DNA from: Balanoglossus misakiensis
Taxonomy: Eukaryota > Animalia > Hemichordata
Length of the DNA stretch: 64,000 bases
Assembly: GCA_040954595.2 (NCBI GenBank)
Contig: CM082579.2
Span: 5,879,625 to 5,943,624, forward strand
Direction: 5' to 3'
How positions within the stretch are numbered: position 1 is the stretch's first letter; every line of letters begins with the position of its first letter. The notes under the pieces are model-generated. The model saw only the letters and a program-made list of their open reading frames with translations, was not told the DNA's origin and did no database searches. Below, piece by piece: positions 38,067 through 51,300 of the stretch. Both the position numbers and the translations under genes were made by a program.

Positions 38067-41000
38067 TTATAAAAGCATGCGAACCTCCTAAAGGAATTAT
38101 GCCTAATTACATTTATAAAATGAGATTATATGATCAATATTAAATGTTATTTTAATGTCACAGATACATAACTCAAAGCCAAAACGTTACATTCTTATTT
38201 CTGTTGTCTATGTTTTTTCCATCGTCGCATAGCGTGCATTATAGGCCATCCTTTCTAGATTTCCCTTTTCTTTGCGTTGAATAATATCGATTCCGCGTCA
38301 TGTCAACAGTCAAAGAAGTGGGACAGGATACGTACTGTTCGAATTCGCACTGTGTCTGTGGGCGACTCCGGAAGTTCGCCAAGGGGCGTTCGAAACCATA
38401 AAAGACATGCACGGGATCACAAGGGTAAAACTGTCCAACAAGTGTTGCGGTCTCCCGCACAGGAAGTATCGATAATTCGTGCCCTGGCGCGGTGTATATG
38501 TCATGCCATGTATCAGAACACTCGGGTTCGTTCAGAGGTTAACTGCGTGTGTGTGCTGATCTGGATGTTTGGTTCAGGTGCGCCGTCTTACGACACGTCA
38601 GTACCTCTTTGCGGCAGTCACTGGACGTGAAATTAGCGGAGATCAAACTTTCCACAATACACACACATTGCTATGTCCACGCTAGGGACTGGTTATTTTT
38701 TGACAGGGGTTTAGTTTGGACGACATATTTGAATTCAGACAACAAAGTACGGTTACCTTGTAATATGGACACGGTTTGGATCGACTGTACGTGTTAGTGA
38801 TTTTGTCCTGTCTGAGCCCAATTATAACTATTGCCGGAGGCGTCGTGTTCTGTAACGACCCCACTTGAGTAGAGCTGTTTTATTTTTCTTTCTGCACACG
38901 CATGTTTCATCCGAGGCGAGACGCAAGGGAACTCATAATTTCGTTTGTCAGCATCGTCTGTATTATCTGCACGTCCGGACCTAAATCAACAATATCATTG
39001 TCGACGATGTAGCCTACTTGTACACACGCACAGGTTGCTTCGATAAGCTAAATACTAGTGCTTGGCAGTTGAACAAGAAACTGCAGTTGATGCACAGAAC
39101 AAAAAGTAATTAATAAAACACTGAGCCAAAAGTTACGCTGCAGTAAGTGGAGCTTTAAATCAACCTGTAATAGCCCATCGTTTTAGCGTTATTTTGACAT
39201 TATTGTGTTTATTTTATAGGTAATTTATTATGTGTTGTACCAAATGTCAGATGACGGCGTCTGAACGCTCACATTAATAAAAGTTATATTTCATGTGTGT
39301 TTCCCAACAAGTGAGCACAGCGCCCGTACGACTTGCGAACCAACGGTGTAGAATATCTCAGAAAGCACACAACAACGTAAGCCGCGTATGAAAAGAGATT
39401 GACCGAAATGTCTTCAAAACATGGAGATGGCTGCTGTAAATCGGAACAACGGAGAAATTCTGCCAATTTAGTGAAGTCACCCAAAGCTGTGTGCTTTGCG
39501 AGGCTTCTACAGAGATCCAGGTAGCCCCAGCAGGCGTCGGCCATACAGACAAATGTTTTGTTTCGCGTTTCGTGTGACCGAAGTATCCCGACCAAAACTT
39601 GAAGACGTGCTTGCATAACTTTGAATGCTTTAGCGCGAGTCGACCGCCTCTGTCAACTCGTGTCACTTGAAGCCAATGAAACTGTAACTGTGCTAAAGCT
39701 GTTGACAGCTCGTATCATTAGGCCTAATAAAGTAAAAAGGTTCAGCGCCTTAAACTTTCAATCGTCATCTTAAAACGGATGCACTAAAAACTGCCGTAAA
39801 GTGAATACATGTATCTTTAAAAACCCGGAAGGTTGGTTGTGAATACAGATCGACTCACTCTCTGGCTCGGACTAATAAACAGCGCGTTTGGTGCACTCGG
39901 TTTCTGCTGAGTTGATATAAACGGTGCAGTGGCCATATTTTCACCTACTGATCGTTCACGTACACACATTGAAAGCTATTACATGTACTGGTATGTTCTG
40001 AATCATTATCTGCTGTTGACTCTCGCGTACTTCGTTGTCAGGCAACTGCTATCACACCACGTGCCAACACGTGTACGGCGGTGCGCCGAACTCCAGAGTG
40101 ATCCCTGGCGCCAAACTGGCGTTGTTCGGCGTTGGGCGTCTTCTCTCGAGTGCCGCAAGACTGTCGAAGCAAGACCTACGACTTTAATTCAAATCGGATA
40201 CGAGTCCCCACAATATGAAATATGTATCGCGTGTTGACTAGTGCGAATCGGTTGACGTCATGGAGCGGATGGCCTCTGTCGAACCTGGCCCCTCTCGGGA
40301 ATATTGACACATCGTTTTTCCGCCAACCTCGCTTTTTAGAAAAACCGTGTAAGTTTAACGGAGTGTCTAAATATTGGCACTCAATTGCTAGAGTTGGATG
40401 CGGTCCAATACCTCAACTCCGAGCCGCTCGACGCCGAGACAGAGAAACAGGGTAGGTCACGTGGCAACCGCAGGGAATGGTTGTCATCGCGACCATCTTG
40501 AAGGACTGCTATTTTGTAGTCTGGCAAATAAAAAATAACAAAATACGAAATAAATATCAAGTGGGAGTCGCCGAGCTCCTGACAAAATATCCGCTCGAAT
40601 TCGCCAGATTCCATTGGCAGACAGCCTCACACGCAGTTGTGGTGTGTTTGGTCAAGATTACATTCACGACATTTCAATTCCCAAGGAAGCAGCTCATCGA
40701 CAACAGATAGCTGCGGCACACGATTCAAGTAAAAACTTGTTTCTGACTAAAAAAAAATAATTACAAGATAGGTGTCGATGAAAATAGAAGTTGAAAAGCC
40801 ACTTGAATAAGAAATTTCCAGAGGGGCGTAACAATTCATCAATTAAATTGAGCTCACAAAAGTTTTGCCCTTGCGCGGAAGTTATGTAGCTGCGCTCAGA
40901 CAAGACACTAACTAACTAACACTGGCCACTTTGCCGAGAAAAAAAAACCACTCGCAGAGGCGTACCTTTTCAGGATTAAACTAATATGTGTTTTGTGTAA

Positions 41001-44000
41001 TGGTGCACATGTTTAATGCGGCCTTGGAGGTCCACAGTTGAAGTGTTTTTTTCCACCACAAGTGAGAATATTCACAGGTAATTGGTACCCACCCTATAAT
41101 CCGCGCCATGCGCCGCGATTCACTTGGCAGTCGGGGAGACAATGAGGGAGGGAGAGGAAAGCCAATAGAGAGAGGCGGACACAATGGTCGATTCTGCGGT
41201 GCCCCTCGGCTTGATGAAACATGTTCCATTCTTATATCAACGTCACTTTACAAGGACACCTTCTGAACATGCCAAACAATGCAAACGTCTTCTTCTTTTT
41301 TTTCTTCTCCCCGAGCGGTAACAAACACAAACACTATAGATGAAACAGAATGGGCACTGAAGTCCAAACTAGTCACCCGTGCCGTGTTTGTAGAATAGGC
41401 CCGGTCTGAAGAAGGCGAGATTTTCCAAACACTGAAGGAAAACAAATCGTCGGTTGTATAGGCCAATCGACCTCTTTCTGAGTCCGATGAAATGAAATTA
41501 CGGTACGCGATGAAGAAATACATTGATCATCAAGATTTATCTGCGTGTTGAAACCAAGTTTTTTTTAAAGAAAGCCTAATGAGCAAAACCAACCGCCGTG
41601 TGTTTTAACTGCGGATATTGTTGGGAAATTCTACCGAATGCGCCGACGCCGATAGGTACGGACAGACACTATTGTTGCTCAGTGAGAGTCCCGACCCCAC
41701 GTCGGTATACCATTGCCGCAAAACACGACAATAAAAAGGGGCGCATTTCGAAGAACAACACCCCCTATTTAACCCACTTTTCACAAGGGACAGTTCGGGC
41801 GTGTAACAATTGGCCTTGAAGACAAGATTATATGTGGACCGTCCAAGCCTTTATAGATTGGAGGCTTGGCAGCCATTTAGCCGGGAGCAATATGGCACCT
41901 GTCCAGGACCAGGTTAGGTGCCGAGCCCGGAGCCCCCTAGGCCCCAGCCACTTGCTGTTGTGCTCGCTTTGACACGCCAGTTGTTTCTTTAATTGCATTA
42001 TGCCACCCCTCAATTAGAGAAAACAGTCGTTGTCTTAATCACCCGAGGACTTCTTGGAATTACATTAGTTACGCGGGTTTGTTATTTCCTCCCGCACATG
42101 GGTGTCTCAGGATCGTCGAACTTGCCAAGAAGTTCCCCCAGATGTGAAATATCGTGCTTGAGCGCTGGCTGTCGCGTGGTGCACGCTGGGATATGGGGGG
42201 CGGCTGGTCTATTCCTGGCGTGTGCTTGACGCTGCGAAGAGCGAGTTGAAGTTTTATTGGTTTCCGCGAATAAAATTTCACGACAAGTGTTTTATGGGAA
42301 ACTATAGCGGGATTGTAAATTCATGGTCGCGTAGCTGACCGGTATAGTTGCTAAGCACTGTTCCGAAATACGTCGTGCTCTTTTGACCGTTCTACACGTG
42401 GTGAGTACCTAGTACGCGGCGCGAGTGCAAACGGCAATGCTTCCATGAGAAAAAAATCGGTCTTCAATCAAGTAAAAGGCAATCTTTTCGTCTGATTTTG
42501 AAGCAATTTTTTTTTCCAAGTGTACGTTATAGTTCGACTACCTTAGCGAAAAGTAGCTCCCTCGCCGCCATCTTCGAAAGTTGCGACGTCGCGTTCAAAA
42601 AGAGGCGTGGTGGCGGTTGAGGCGAAAGTACGTGCCACACCACGCATAATTACGTCATCAGCTTGCCGGCGACAGGTTCGTATACTTTATTTTACGATTC
42701 TCCGATCATCTAGAATCCGATGCAATTGATATATCCGACCTTCACACATGATGATATGCAAGAGGCCGACTTAATTATTGGTATAGTGGAATTTGGTGTC
42801 ATTCGGTTGAATTTACCCAAGGGGTGACGTGAGCTTATGTCCGTGTTTTTGACGAGAGCTCAGGCTGGCTGGCAACAGCATGCATGCACTTCACTGAGCC
42901 GTATGCCCACGCGACTCCGTCTGTTCGCTTCATTGTACACCTCAAGTGTTAGAGGTATCCAAGTGATGTGGAATTGCCGGGAAATTGCCTCTTGTAACCA
43001 TGGCAATACTGACGCAAGAAGTGCGGGTTTCAAAGATAGAAACTGCAATTGAGAAACTTCACTCACACAATCATGAGTTTCTAAACCTTCGTTGTAAATA
43101 AACCCGCCAGGTCTATTCAAGAGGGTTCGGTAGCATATTACTGTTTCATGTTACAGGGAGGGGGATTACTGCTTATTTCAAACCGCAGTCGGTATATATT
43201 TTCTGTCCAGAAAATGATATATTATTTGATGATCAATTTGGCGCCAAACAAAAATTCGACCATTCCTTTGTCGACCGTACCTTCACACACTAAACGATAG
43301 TTGAACTTTCCGTGGAGATAAGGATTTTTTACGACTGTTTTTACGTAAATACCAACTATTTTGGATACAGCGGTGTGATAAGGTTTTAATTGTGTAATGT
43401 GATGTGCCACAATGCATTGTCACCTCTCGTGACCTGTGAAGGGCGTGACCCTAGACAACCACGGTCTTTGTACTTTTGACCCCGTCGTCTGCCATGTCCG
43501 ACCCTGTCGGGACTCGAAGTACATAGCTATAAAATTTCGTCCAAAATGGACATTTTTGTCTTAATTTAGTTCGATTGCCAAAATTTCACAAGGTATAGAA
43601 ATCCCCTGGGGTACATATCTCATTGCATCTCGCAAGAGCTACCTGTGCCATGCCGACTGGAATGATATTATCGCACACGGTGAAAATGAAATAGGCCTAT
43701 ATATTCGAGTAAAAAAAGAGAAATGCAAAAACCGCTCTTCACAGTTTGTTGCAGCAGAACACTTCGGCTACTGTCTTCGATCTTGAAATCCGACACTTAT
43801 TAGCAACACTACTGACGACTGTACTTTACTTCCACCGTTTAGCTAGTACTTCTTCTTAAAACGTCACGGTACATCAAACACCGTCGTTTGTATACTCGGC
43901 CACTCTCGGACTCGTTCCCCCCGAAAAGAGAGCTTAGACGTAAAATGCACACGTGCTTACAATAAGAGCTCTACTTCGACTGACAAAAAGCCGACAAAAA

Positions 44001-44228
44001 CCACCAAAACCGTCTTAATGAGATCGTGTGCGTTACAAATCCGACCTGAATGTTTTCGAATCCCGTCTAATCTCTCTGGAGCCAGATTTATGCACGAGCA
44101 GGTGTTTGTCATCAATACTGACGGGTAATTTGACAGAATTTCATCCCTTCGTTGAAAAAATATAAAGTTAAAGCGGCACAGCTCTATCGTAAATTGTAAG
44201 CTTATTTAAGGAAGTAATGACATTTTAT

Positions 44229-44278
44229 TAGGGCACAAGCCAAGCAGGCTTGTGCCCTATTGGTATTACTGGGTTTTT
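44229..44278 (+). mobile_element. Isolated 5' end of a family-A HINE (Helentron/DINE-1-like)
   Basis: 13-bp stem tagggcacaagcc-aagca-ggcttgtgcccta followed by ttggtattactggg, the same as the 5' ends at 45989 and 47364. Interrupted within a T-run by the family-B element. Confidence 0.75.
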
Positions 44279-45988
44279 TAGGGCCCAAGCGCATGCAGCG
44301 CTTGGGCCCTATTGTTATTATCCTGGTTTTTCTTCTACTTCTTCTTCTTCTTCTTTTTTTTTTTCTTGTGTAGTTTTTTCGGCCAGCTAGATCTGGAAAA
44401 CGGCTAAACCTACAGATTTCAAACTTGGCACAATGGTGCAGGCCAATGAGAACTAGTGCAGTAACCTTGTGAATGTTTAATTAGTCACGTGACCTGATGA
44501 CCATATATGGGCAAAGTTTTCAAAAGGGCCTAATTTGCATATTAATGGAGATATCTAAATTCTTTTAGCGATTTTCGCGGACCATGTGGTCAGTGTCCTA
44601 CATGCCAAATGTCAAGGCCATAGGCCATGTCAATTTTGAGAAGAAGATTTTTAAGTATTATTTTTCATATTTTTCGCCCAAGCCATGGGCCTATACTTTA
44701 CATAGTAAAGCTATGACCACATATTATTTTCGATAAATATGCATACATATCTCAAAATCTGTTCGGCCGATCATCTCCAACTTTGGTGTGCAGCTAGCCT
44801 AGCATTTGTCAATAATTTTATGCGAAAAAAAATAATATGAAAAATCGACAGATTTTTTTATATTAATTTTTTTATTAAATTTATACCTTTACTTATACCT
44901 CTATGGTTAAGCTATGTCCACGTCTTATTGTGGAATTCTGGTCTGTGCAATAGTCCTGTACAGTGACTGTCTATTGGTCAGTGAGCATAATGGCACCAAA
45001 ATAAAAGGCAAAATTTTAGGCTCACCTGTAACACCTGCTTAACTCATTAATTATGTGCATACCTAATTCTGGGCTAACTAAGAGGGCTAGAGGTTTCGTT
45101 CTTGTGGGACATGGCCCAGTATAGGGTCAAAAATTTTTGCCCACATTTTGGGTGACCTCAGGTGACCTTTGACCTACTTTCCTATATCTCGGCATCCAGA
45201 GCAGGTACAGACTTGGCGTTTGGAGGGTTGGGACTAAAACTGAAAAGCCAAAATGGGGGTCACCTGTGACACCTGCATATCTCATTAATTATGTGCATAC
45301 CTAATTCCTGGCTAACCAATAGGGCTATAGGTTTGCTTTGTGTTGAACATGGACCAGTATAGGGTCAAAATTTCTTGCCCAAATTTTGTATGACCTCAGG
45401 TGACCTTTGACCTACTTTACCATATCTTGGCATCCAGAGCAGGTACAGACTTGGCGTTTGGAGGGTTGGGACTAAAATTTAAAAGCCAAAATGGGGGTCA
45501 CCTGTGACACCTGCATATCTCATTAATTATGTGCATACCTAATTCCAGGCTAACCAATAGGGCTATAGGTTTGGTTTTTGTTGAACATGGACCAGTATAG
45601 AGTCAAAATTTCTTGCCACAATTTTGTATGACCTCAGGTGACCTTTGACCTACTTTACCATATCTTGGCATCCAGAGCAGGTACAGACTTGGCGTTTGGA
45701 GGGTTGGGACTAAAATTGAAAAGGCAAAATTGGGGGTCACCTGTGATACCTGCCTACCCCATTGATTATGTGCATACCTAATTCCAGGCTAAATAATAGG
45801 GCTATAGGTTTGGTTTTTGTTGAACATGTACCAGTATAGGGTCAACATTTCTTGCCCAAATTTTGCATGCACTCAGGTGACCTTTGACCTACTTTACCAT
45901 ATCGTGGCATCCTGAGCAGATATGATTATTGCTATGTTGCTATGTGCTATGTTCGCTTGGGCCCGCTATTGCTGCTTGCAGCTATATT
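44279..45988 (+). mobile_element. Non-autonomous Helentron-associated element (HINE), family B, complete
   Basis: 5' hairpin tagggcccaagcgc-atgca-gcgcttgggcccta, a (CTT)n tract, a conserved core and 4 central ~239 bp repeats. 3' subTIR cgcttgggccc (45954-45964), 3' stem-loop gctgc-tt-gcagc (45971-45982), T-rich ends, no TSD. Confidence 0.8.
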
Positions 45989-47363
45989 TAGGGCACAAGC
46001 CAAGCAGGCTTGTGCCCTATTGGTATTACTGGGGTTTTTCATCTTTTTTTTTTTTTTCTTGTGTAGTTTTTTTGCTCAGTTAGATCTTGAAAACGGCTGA
46101 ACCTACAAATCTCAAACTTGGCACAGTGGTGCAGGCCTATGGGAGCTGGTGCAGTACCTTTGTGAATGTTTAATAAGTCATGTGACCTGATGACCATATA
46201 TGGGCAAAGTTTTCAAATGGGCCTAATTTGCATATTAATGGAGATATCAAAATTCTTTTAGCGATTTTTGCGGACCATGTGGTCAGTGTCCTACATGCCA
46301 AATTTCAAGGCCCTGGGCCAAGTCAATGTTGAGAAGAAGATTTTTAAATATTATATTTCATATTTTTTGTACCCAGCCTATACTGTCTTTAGTTAAGGTG
46401 TGATGCTATTCCCACATCTGTGCAATGGTTCTGTACAGTGACAGTCTATTGGCAGTGAGCAGAATGGGACCAAAATAAAAGGCAGAATTTTGGGCTCACC
46501 TGTAACACCTGCTTAACTCATTAATTATGTGCATACCTAATTCTGGGCTAACTAATAGGTCTAGAGGTTTCGTGTTTGTGGGACATGGACCATTATAGGG
46601 TCAAAATTTCTTGCCCAAATTTTGCATGACCTCAGGTGACCTTTGACCTACTTTCCTATATCTCGTCATCCAGAGCAGGTACAGACTTTGAGTTTGGAGG
46701 GTTGGAACTAAAATTGAAAAGCCAAAATTTGGGGTCACCTGTGACACCTGCTTAACTCATTAATTATGCGCATACCTAATTCCAGGCTAGCCAATAGAGC
46801 TAGAGGTTTGATTTTTGTTGAACATGGACCAGTATGGGGTTAAAATTTCTTGCCCAATTTTGGGTGACCTCAGGTGACCTTTGACCTACTTTACCATATC
46901 TCGGCAACCAGCGCACATACAGCCTTGGCATTTGGAGGCATGAAACTCCTAATGAAGCCTTATACTTTACCCCATTAATTATGTGCATATCTAATTCTAG
47001 ACGAACCAATAGGGTTAGAGGCCTGATTTTTGTTGGACCTGGACTGGTATGGGGTCAAAATTTTTTGCTAAACTTTCGGATGGCCTCAGGTGACCTTTGA
47101 CCTACTTTCCTATATCTCGGCATCCAGAACAGGTACAGCATTTGTGTTTGGATGGATCGAACTATTGATAGAGTCTTACACTTTACATCATTAATTATGC
47201 GCATATCTAATTTCAGACAAACCAATAGGGCTAGAGGTCTGGTTTCTGTTGGACCTGGACTAGTATGGGAGTCAAAACTTTTTGCCCAATTTTTGGGTGA
47301 CCACATATGACCTTTGACCTTCGGCTTAAGCTTGTGCCCGTCATCGCTGCTTGCAGCTATATT
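45989..47363 (+). mobile_element. HINE family A, complete copy 1
   Basis: 5' gggcacaagc hairpin, matching 3' subTIR gcttgtgccc, stem-loop at 47346-47357, internal tandem repeats. Confidence 0.8.
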
Positions 47364-48794
47364 TAGGGCACAAGCCAAGCAGGCTTGTGCCCTATTGGTA
47401 TTACTGGGGTTTTTCATCCTCTTCTTTTTCTTGTGTAGTTTTTTTGCCCAATAGGATCTTGAAAACGGCTGAACCTACAAATCTCAAACTTGGCACAGTG
47501 ATGCAGGCCTATGAGAGCTGGTGCAGTACCCTCGTGAATGTGTAATTAGTCACATGACCTGATGACCATATATGGGCAAAGTTTTCAAATGGGCCTAATT
47601 TGCATATGAATGGAGATATCGAAATTCTTTTAGCAACTTTTGTGGACCATGTGATCAGTGTCCTACATGCCAAATATCAAGGCCGTGGGCCAAGTCTATT
47701 TTGAGAAGAAGACTTGTAAATATTAGTAATTTTTCATATTTTTGGACCCAGCCATGGGCCTATACTTTCTATAGTTAAGCTATGACGCCATGTACACGTC
47801 TGTGCAATGGTCCTGTACAGTGACTGCCTACTGGCCCCTGAGCAGAATGGGACCACATTAAAAGGCAAAATTTCGGGCTCACGTGTAACACCTGCTAAAC
47901 TTATTAATTATGTGCATACCTAATTCCGGGCTAACTAATAGGGCTAGAGGTTTCGTTCTTTTTGGTCATGGACCAGTATGGGGTTAAAAAAATTTGCCCA
48001 AATTCTGGGTGACCTCAGGTGACCTTTGACCTACTTTCCTATATCTCCGCATCCAGAGCAGTTACAGACTTGGCGTTTGGAGGGTTGGGACTAAAATTGA
48101 AAAGCCAAAATTGGGGGTCACCTGTGACACCTGCTTATCTCATTAATTATGTGCATACCTAATTCCAGGCTAACCAATAGGGCTAGAGGTTTTGTTCATG
48201 TGGGACATGGACCAGTATGAGGTTAAAAAAATTTGCCCAAATTTTGGGTGACCTCAGGTGACCTTTGACCTACTGTCCAATATCTCCGCATCAATAGCAG
48301 GTACAGACTTGGCGTTTGGAGGGTTGGGACTATAATTGAAAAGCCAAAATTGGGGGTCACCTGTGACACCTGCTTATCTCATTAATTATGTGCATACCTA
48401 ATTCCAGGCTAACCAATAGGGTTAGAGGTTTGATTTTTGTTGAACATGGACCAGTATAGGCTCAAAATTTTTTGCCCAAATTTTGCATGACCTCAGGTGA
48501 CCTTTGACCTAATTTTCCATATCTTGGCAACCAGAGCAGGCAAAGACTTGGCGTTTGGAGGGTTGGGACTAAAATTGAAAAGCCAAAATTTGGGGGTCAC
48601 CTGTGACACCTGCATATCTCATTAATTATGTGCATACCTAATTCCAGACAAACCAATAGGGCTAGAGGTCAGGTTTCAGTTGGACCTGGACTAGTATGGG
48701 GGTCAAAACTTTTTGCCCAAATTTTGGGTGACCACATATGACCTTTGACCTTCGGCTTAAGCTTGTGCCCGTCATCGCTGCTTGCAGCTATATT
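47364..48794 (+). mobile_element. HINE family A, complete copy 2 (head-to-tail with copy 1)
   Basis: Same termini as copy 1; stem-loop at 48777-48788; 4 internal repeat units. Confidence 0.8.
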
Positions 48795-49665
48795 CTTCTT
48801 TTTTTTTTTCTTGTGTCGTTTTTTTGCCCAACAGGATCTTGAAAACGGCTGAACCTACAAATCTCAAACTTGGCACAGTGGTGCAGGCCTATGAGAGCTG
48901 GTGCTGTACCCTCGTGAATGTTTAATAAGTCATGTGACCTGATGACCATATATGGGCAAAGTTTTCAAATGGGCCTAATTTGCATATGAATGGAGATATC
49001 AAAATTCTTTTAGCGATTTTTGCAGACCATGTGGTCAGTGTCCTACATGCCAAATGTCAAGGCCGTGGGCCAAGTCTATTTTGAGAAGAAGATTTTTTTA
49101 TTTTTCATATTTTTGGACCGAGCCATAGGCCTATACTTTCTATAGTTAAGCTATCACGCTATGTCCACGTTGGCTGTGCTATGGTCCTGTACAGTGACTC
49201 TCTATTGGCCCGTGAGCAGAATGGGACCACAATAAAAGGCAAAATTTTGGGCTCACCTGTAACACCTGCTTAACTCATTAAATATGTGCATACCTAATTC
49301 CAGGCTAACTAATAGGGCTAGAGGTTTTGTTCTTGTGGGACATGGATCAGTATGGGGTCAAAAATTTTGCCCAAATTTTGGGTGACCTCAGGTGACATTT
49401 GACCTACTTTGCTATATCTCGGCATCCAGAACAGGTACATCATTTGTGTTTGGATGGATCGAACTATTAATGGAGTCTTACACTTTACATCATTAATTAT
49501 GTGCATTTCTAATTTCAGACAAACCAATAGGGCTAGACGTCAGGTTTTTGTTGGACCTGGACTAGTATGGGGGTCAAAACTTTTTGCCCAAATTTTGGGT
49601 AACCACATATGACCTTTGACCTTCGGCTTAAGCTTGTGCCCGTCATCGCTGCTTGCAGCTATATT
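48795..49665 (+). mobile_element. HINE family A, copy 3 lacking the 5' hairpin
   Basis: Starts in the pyrimidine tract; core, 2 internal units and an intact 3' subTIR/stem-loop (49648-49659). Confidence 0.75.
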
Positions 49666-51014
49666 CTTCTTTTTTTTTTCTTGTGTCGTTTTTTTGCCCA
49701 ACAGGATCTTGAAAACGGCTGAACCTACAAATCTCAAACTTGGCACAGTGGTGCAGGCCTATGAGAGCTGGTGCTGTACCCTCGTGAATGTTTAATAAGT
49801 CATGTGACCTGATGACCATATATGGGCAAAGTTTTCAAATGGGCCTAATTTGCATATGAATGGAGATATCAAAATTCTTTTAGCGATTTTTGCAGACCAT
49901 GTGGTCAGTGTCCTACATGCCAAATGTCAAGGCCGTGGGCCAAGTCTATTTTGAGAAGAAGATTTTTTTATTTTTCATATTTTTGGACCCAGCCATAGGC
50001 CTATACTTTCTATAGTTAAGCTATCACGCTATGTCCACGTTGGCTGTGCAATGGTCCTGTACAGTGACTCTCTATTGGCCTGTGAGCAGAATGGGACCAC
50101 AATAAAAGGCAAAATTTTGGGCTCACCTGTAACACCTGCTTAACTCATTAAATATGTGCATACCTAATTCCAGGCTAACTAATAGGGCTAGAGGTTTTGT
50201 TCTTGTGGGACATGGACCAGTATGGGATCAAAAATTTTTGCCCAAATTTTGGGTGACCTCAGGTGACCTTTGACCTACTTTCCTATATCTCGACATCCAC
50301 AGCAGGTACAGACTTGGCATTTGGAGAGTTGTGACTAAAATTGAAAAGACAAAATTGAAGGTCACCTGTGACACCTGCTTATCTCATTAATTATGTGCAT
50401 ACCTAATTCCAGGCTAACCAATGGGGTTAGAGGTTTGATTTTTGTTGAACATGGACCAGTATAGGGTCAAAATTTCTTGCCCAAATTTTGCATGACCTCA
50501 GGTGACCTTTGACCTAATTTACCATATCTTGGCAACTAGAGCAGGCACAGACTTGGCGTTTGGAGGGTTGGGACTAAAATTGAAAAGCCAAAATTGGGGG
50601 TCACCTGTGACACTTGCATATCTCATTAATTATGTGCATACCTAATTCCAGGCTAACCAATAGGGCTAGAGGTTTTGTTCTTGTGGGACATGGATCAGTA
50701 TGGGGTCAAAAATTTTGCCCAAATTTTGGGTGACCTCAGGTGACATTTGACCTACTTTGCTATATCTCGGCATCCAGAACAGGTACATCATTTGTGTTTG
50801 GATGGATCGAACTATTAATGGAGTCTTACACTTTACATCATTAATTATGTGCATTTCTAATTTCAGACAAACCAATAGGGCTAGAGGTCAGGTTTCTGTT
50901 GGACCTGGACTAGTATGGGGGTCAAAACTTTTTGCCCAAATTTTGGGTGACCACATATGACCTTTGACCTTCGGCTTAAGCTTGTGCCCGTCATCGCTGC
51001 TTGCAGCTATATTT
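49666..51014 (+). mobile_element. HINE family A, copy 4 lacking the 5' hairpin
   Basis: Near-identical to copy 3 but 478 bp (2 x 239) longer; 3' stem-loop at 50996-51007. Confidence 0.75.
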
Positions 51015-51073
51015 GGCCTTTTTATTATTACCCAAAAGTATGTCTCAAAAGTTATTAAGCAAGTCACTCAGAA

Positions 51074-51262
51074 GTATGTATGTATGTATGTATGTATGTA
51101 TGTATGTATGTATGTATGTATGTATGTATGTATGTATGTATGTATGTATGTATGTATGTATGTATGTATGTATGTATGTATGTATGTATGTATGTATGTA
51201 TGTATGTATGTATGTATGTATGTATGTATGTATGTATGTATGTATGTATGTATGTATGTATG

Positions 51263-51293
<31 letters not shown>

Positions 51294-51300
51294 TGTATGT
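51074..51300. repeat. (GTAT)n microsatellite, about 55 units
   Basis: Directly visible; explains the MYVC and YIHT ORFs. Confidence 0.98.

Noticed and set aside
42542-42571. aagATGGCGGCG (YY1-like) start with a downstream GT, suggesting a first exon MAARELLFAK
   Set aside because: No downstream exons found; the motif is common in non-autonomous DNA transposon fragments.
44229-51014. CRISPR-like or LTR/TIR interpretation of the repeat block
   Set aside because: Eukaryotic context, no unique spacers, no LTR pair or TSD; the structure fits HINEs.
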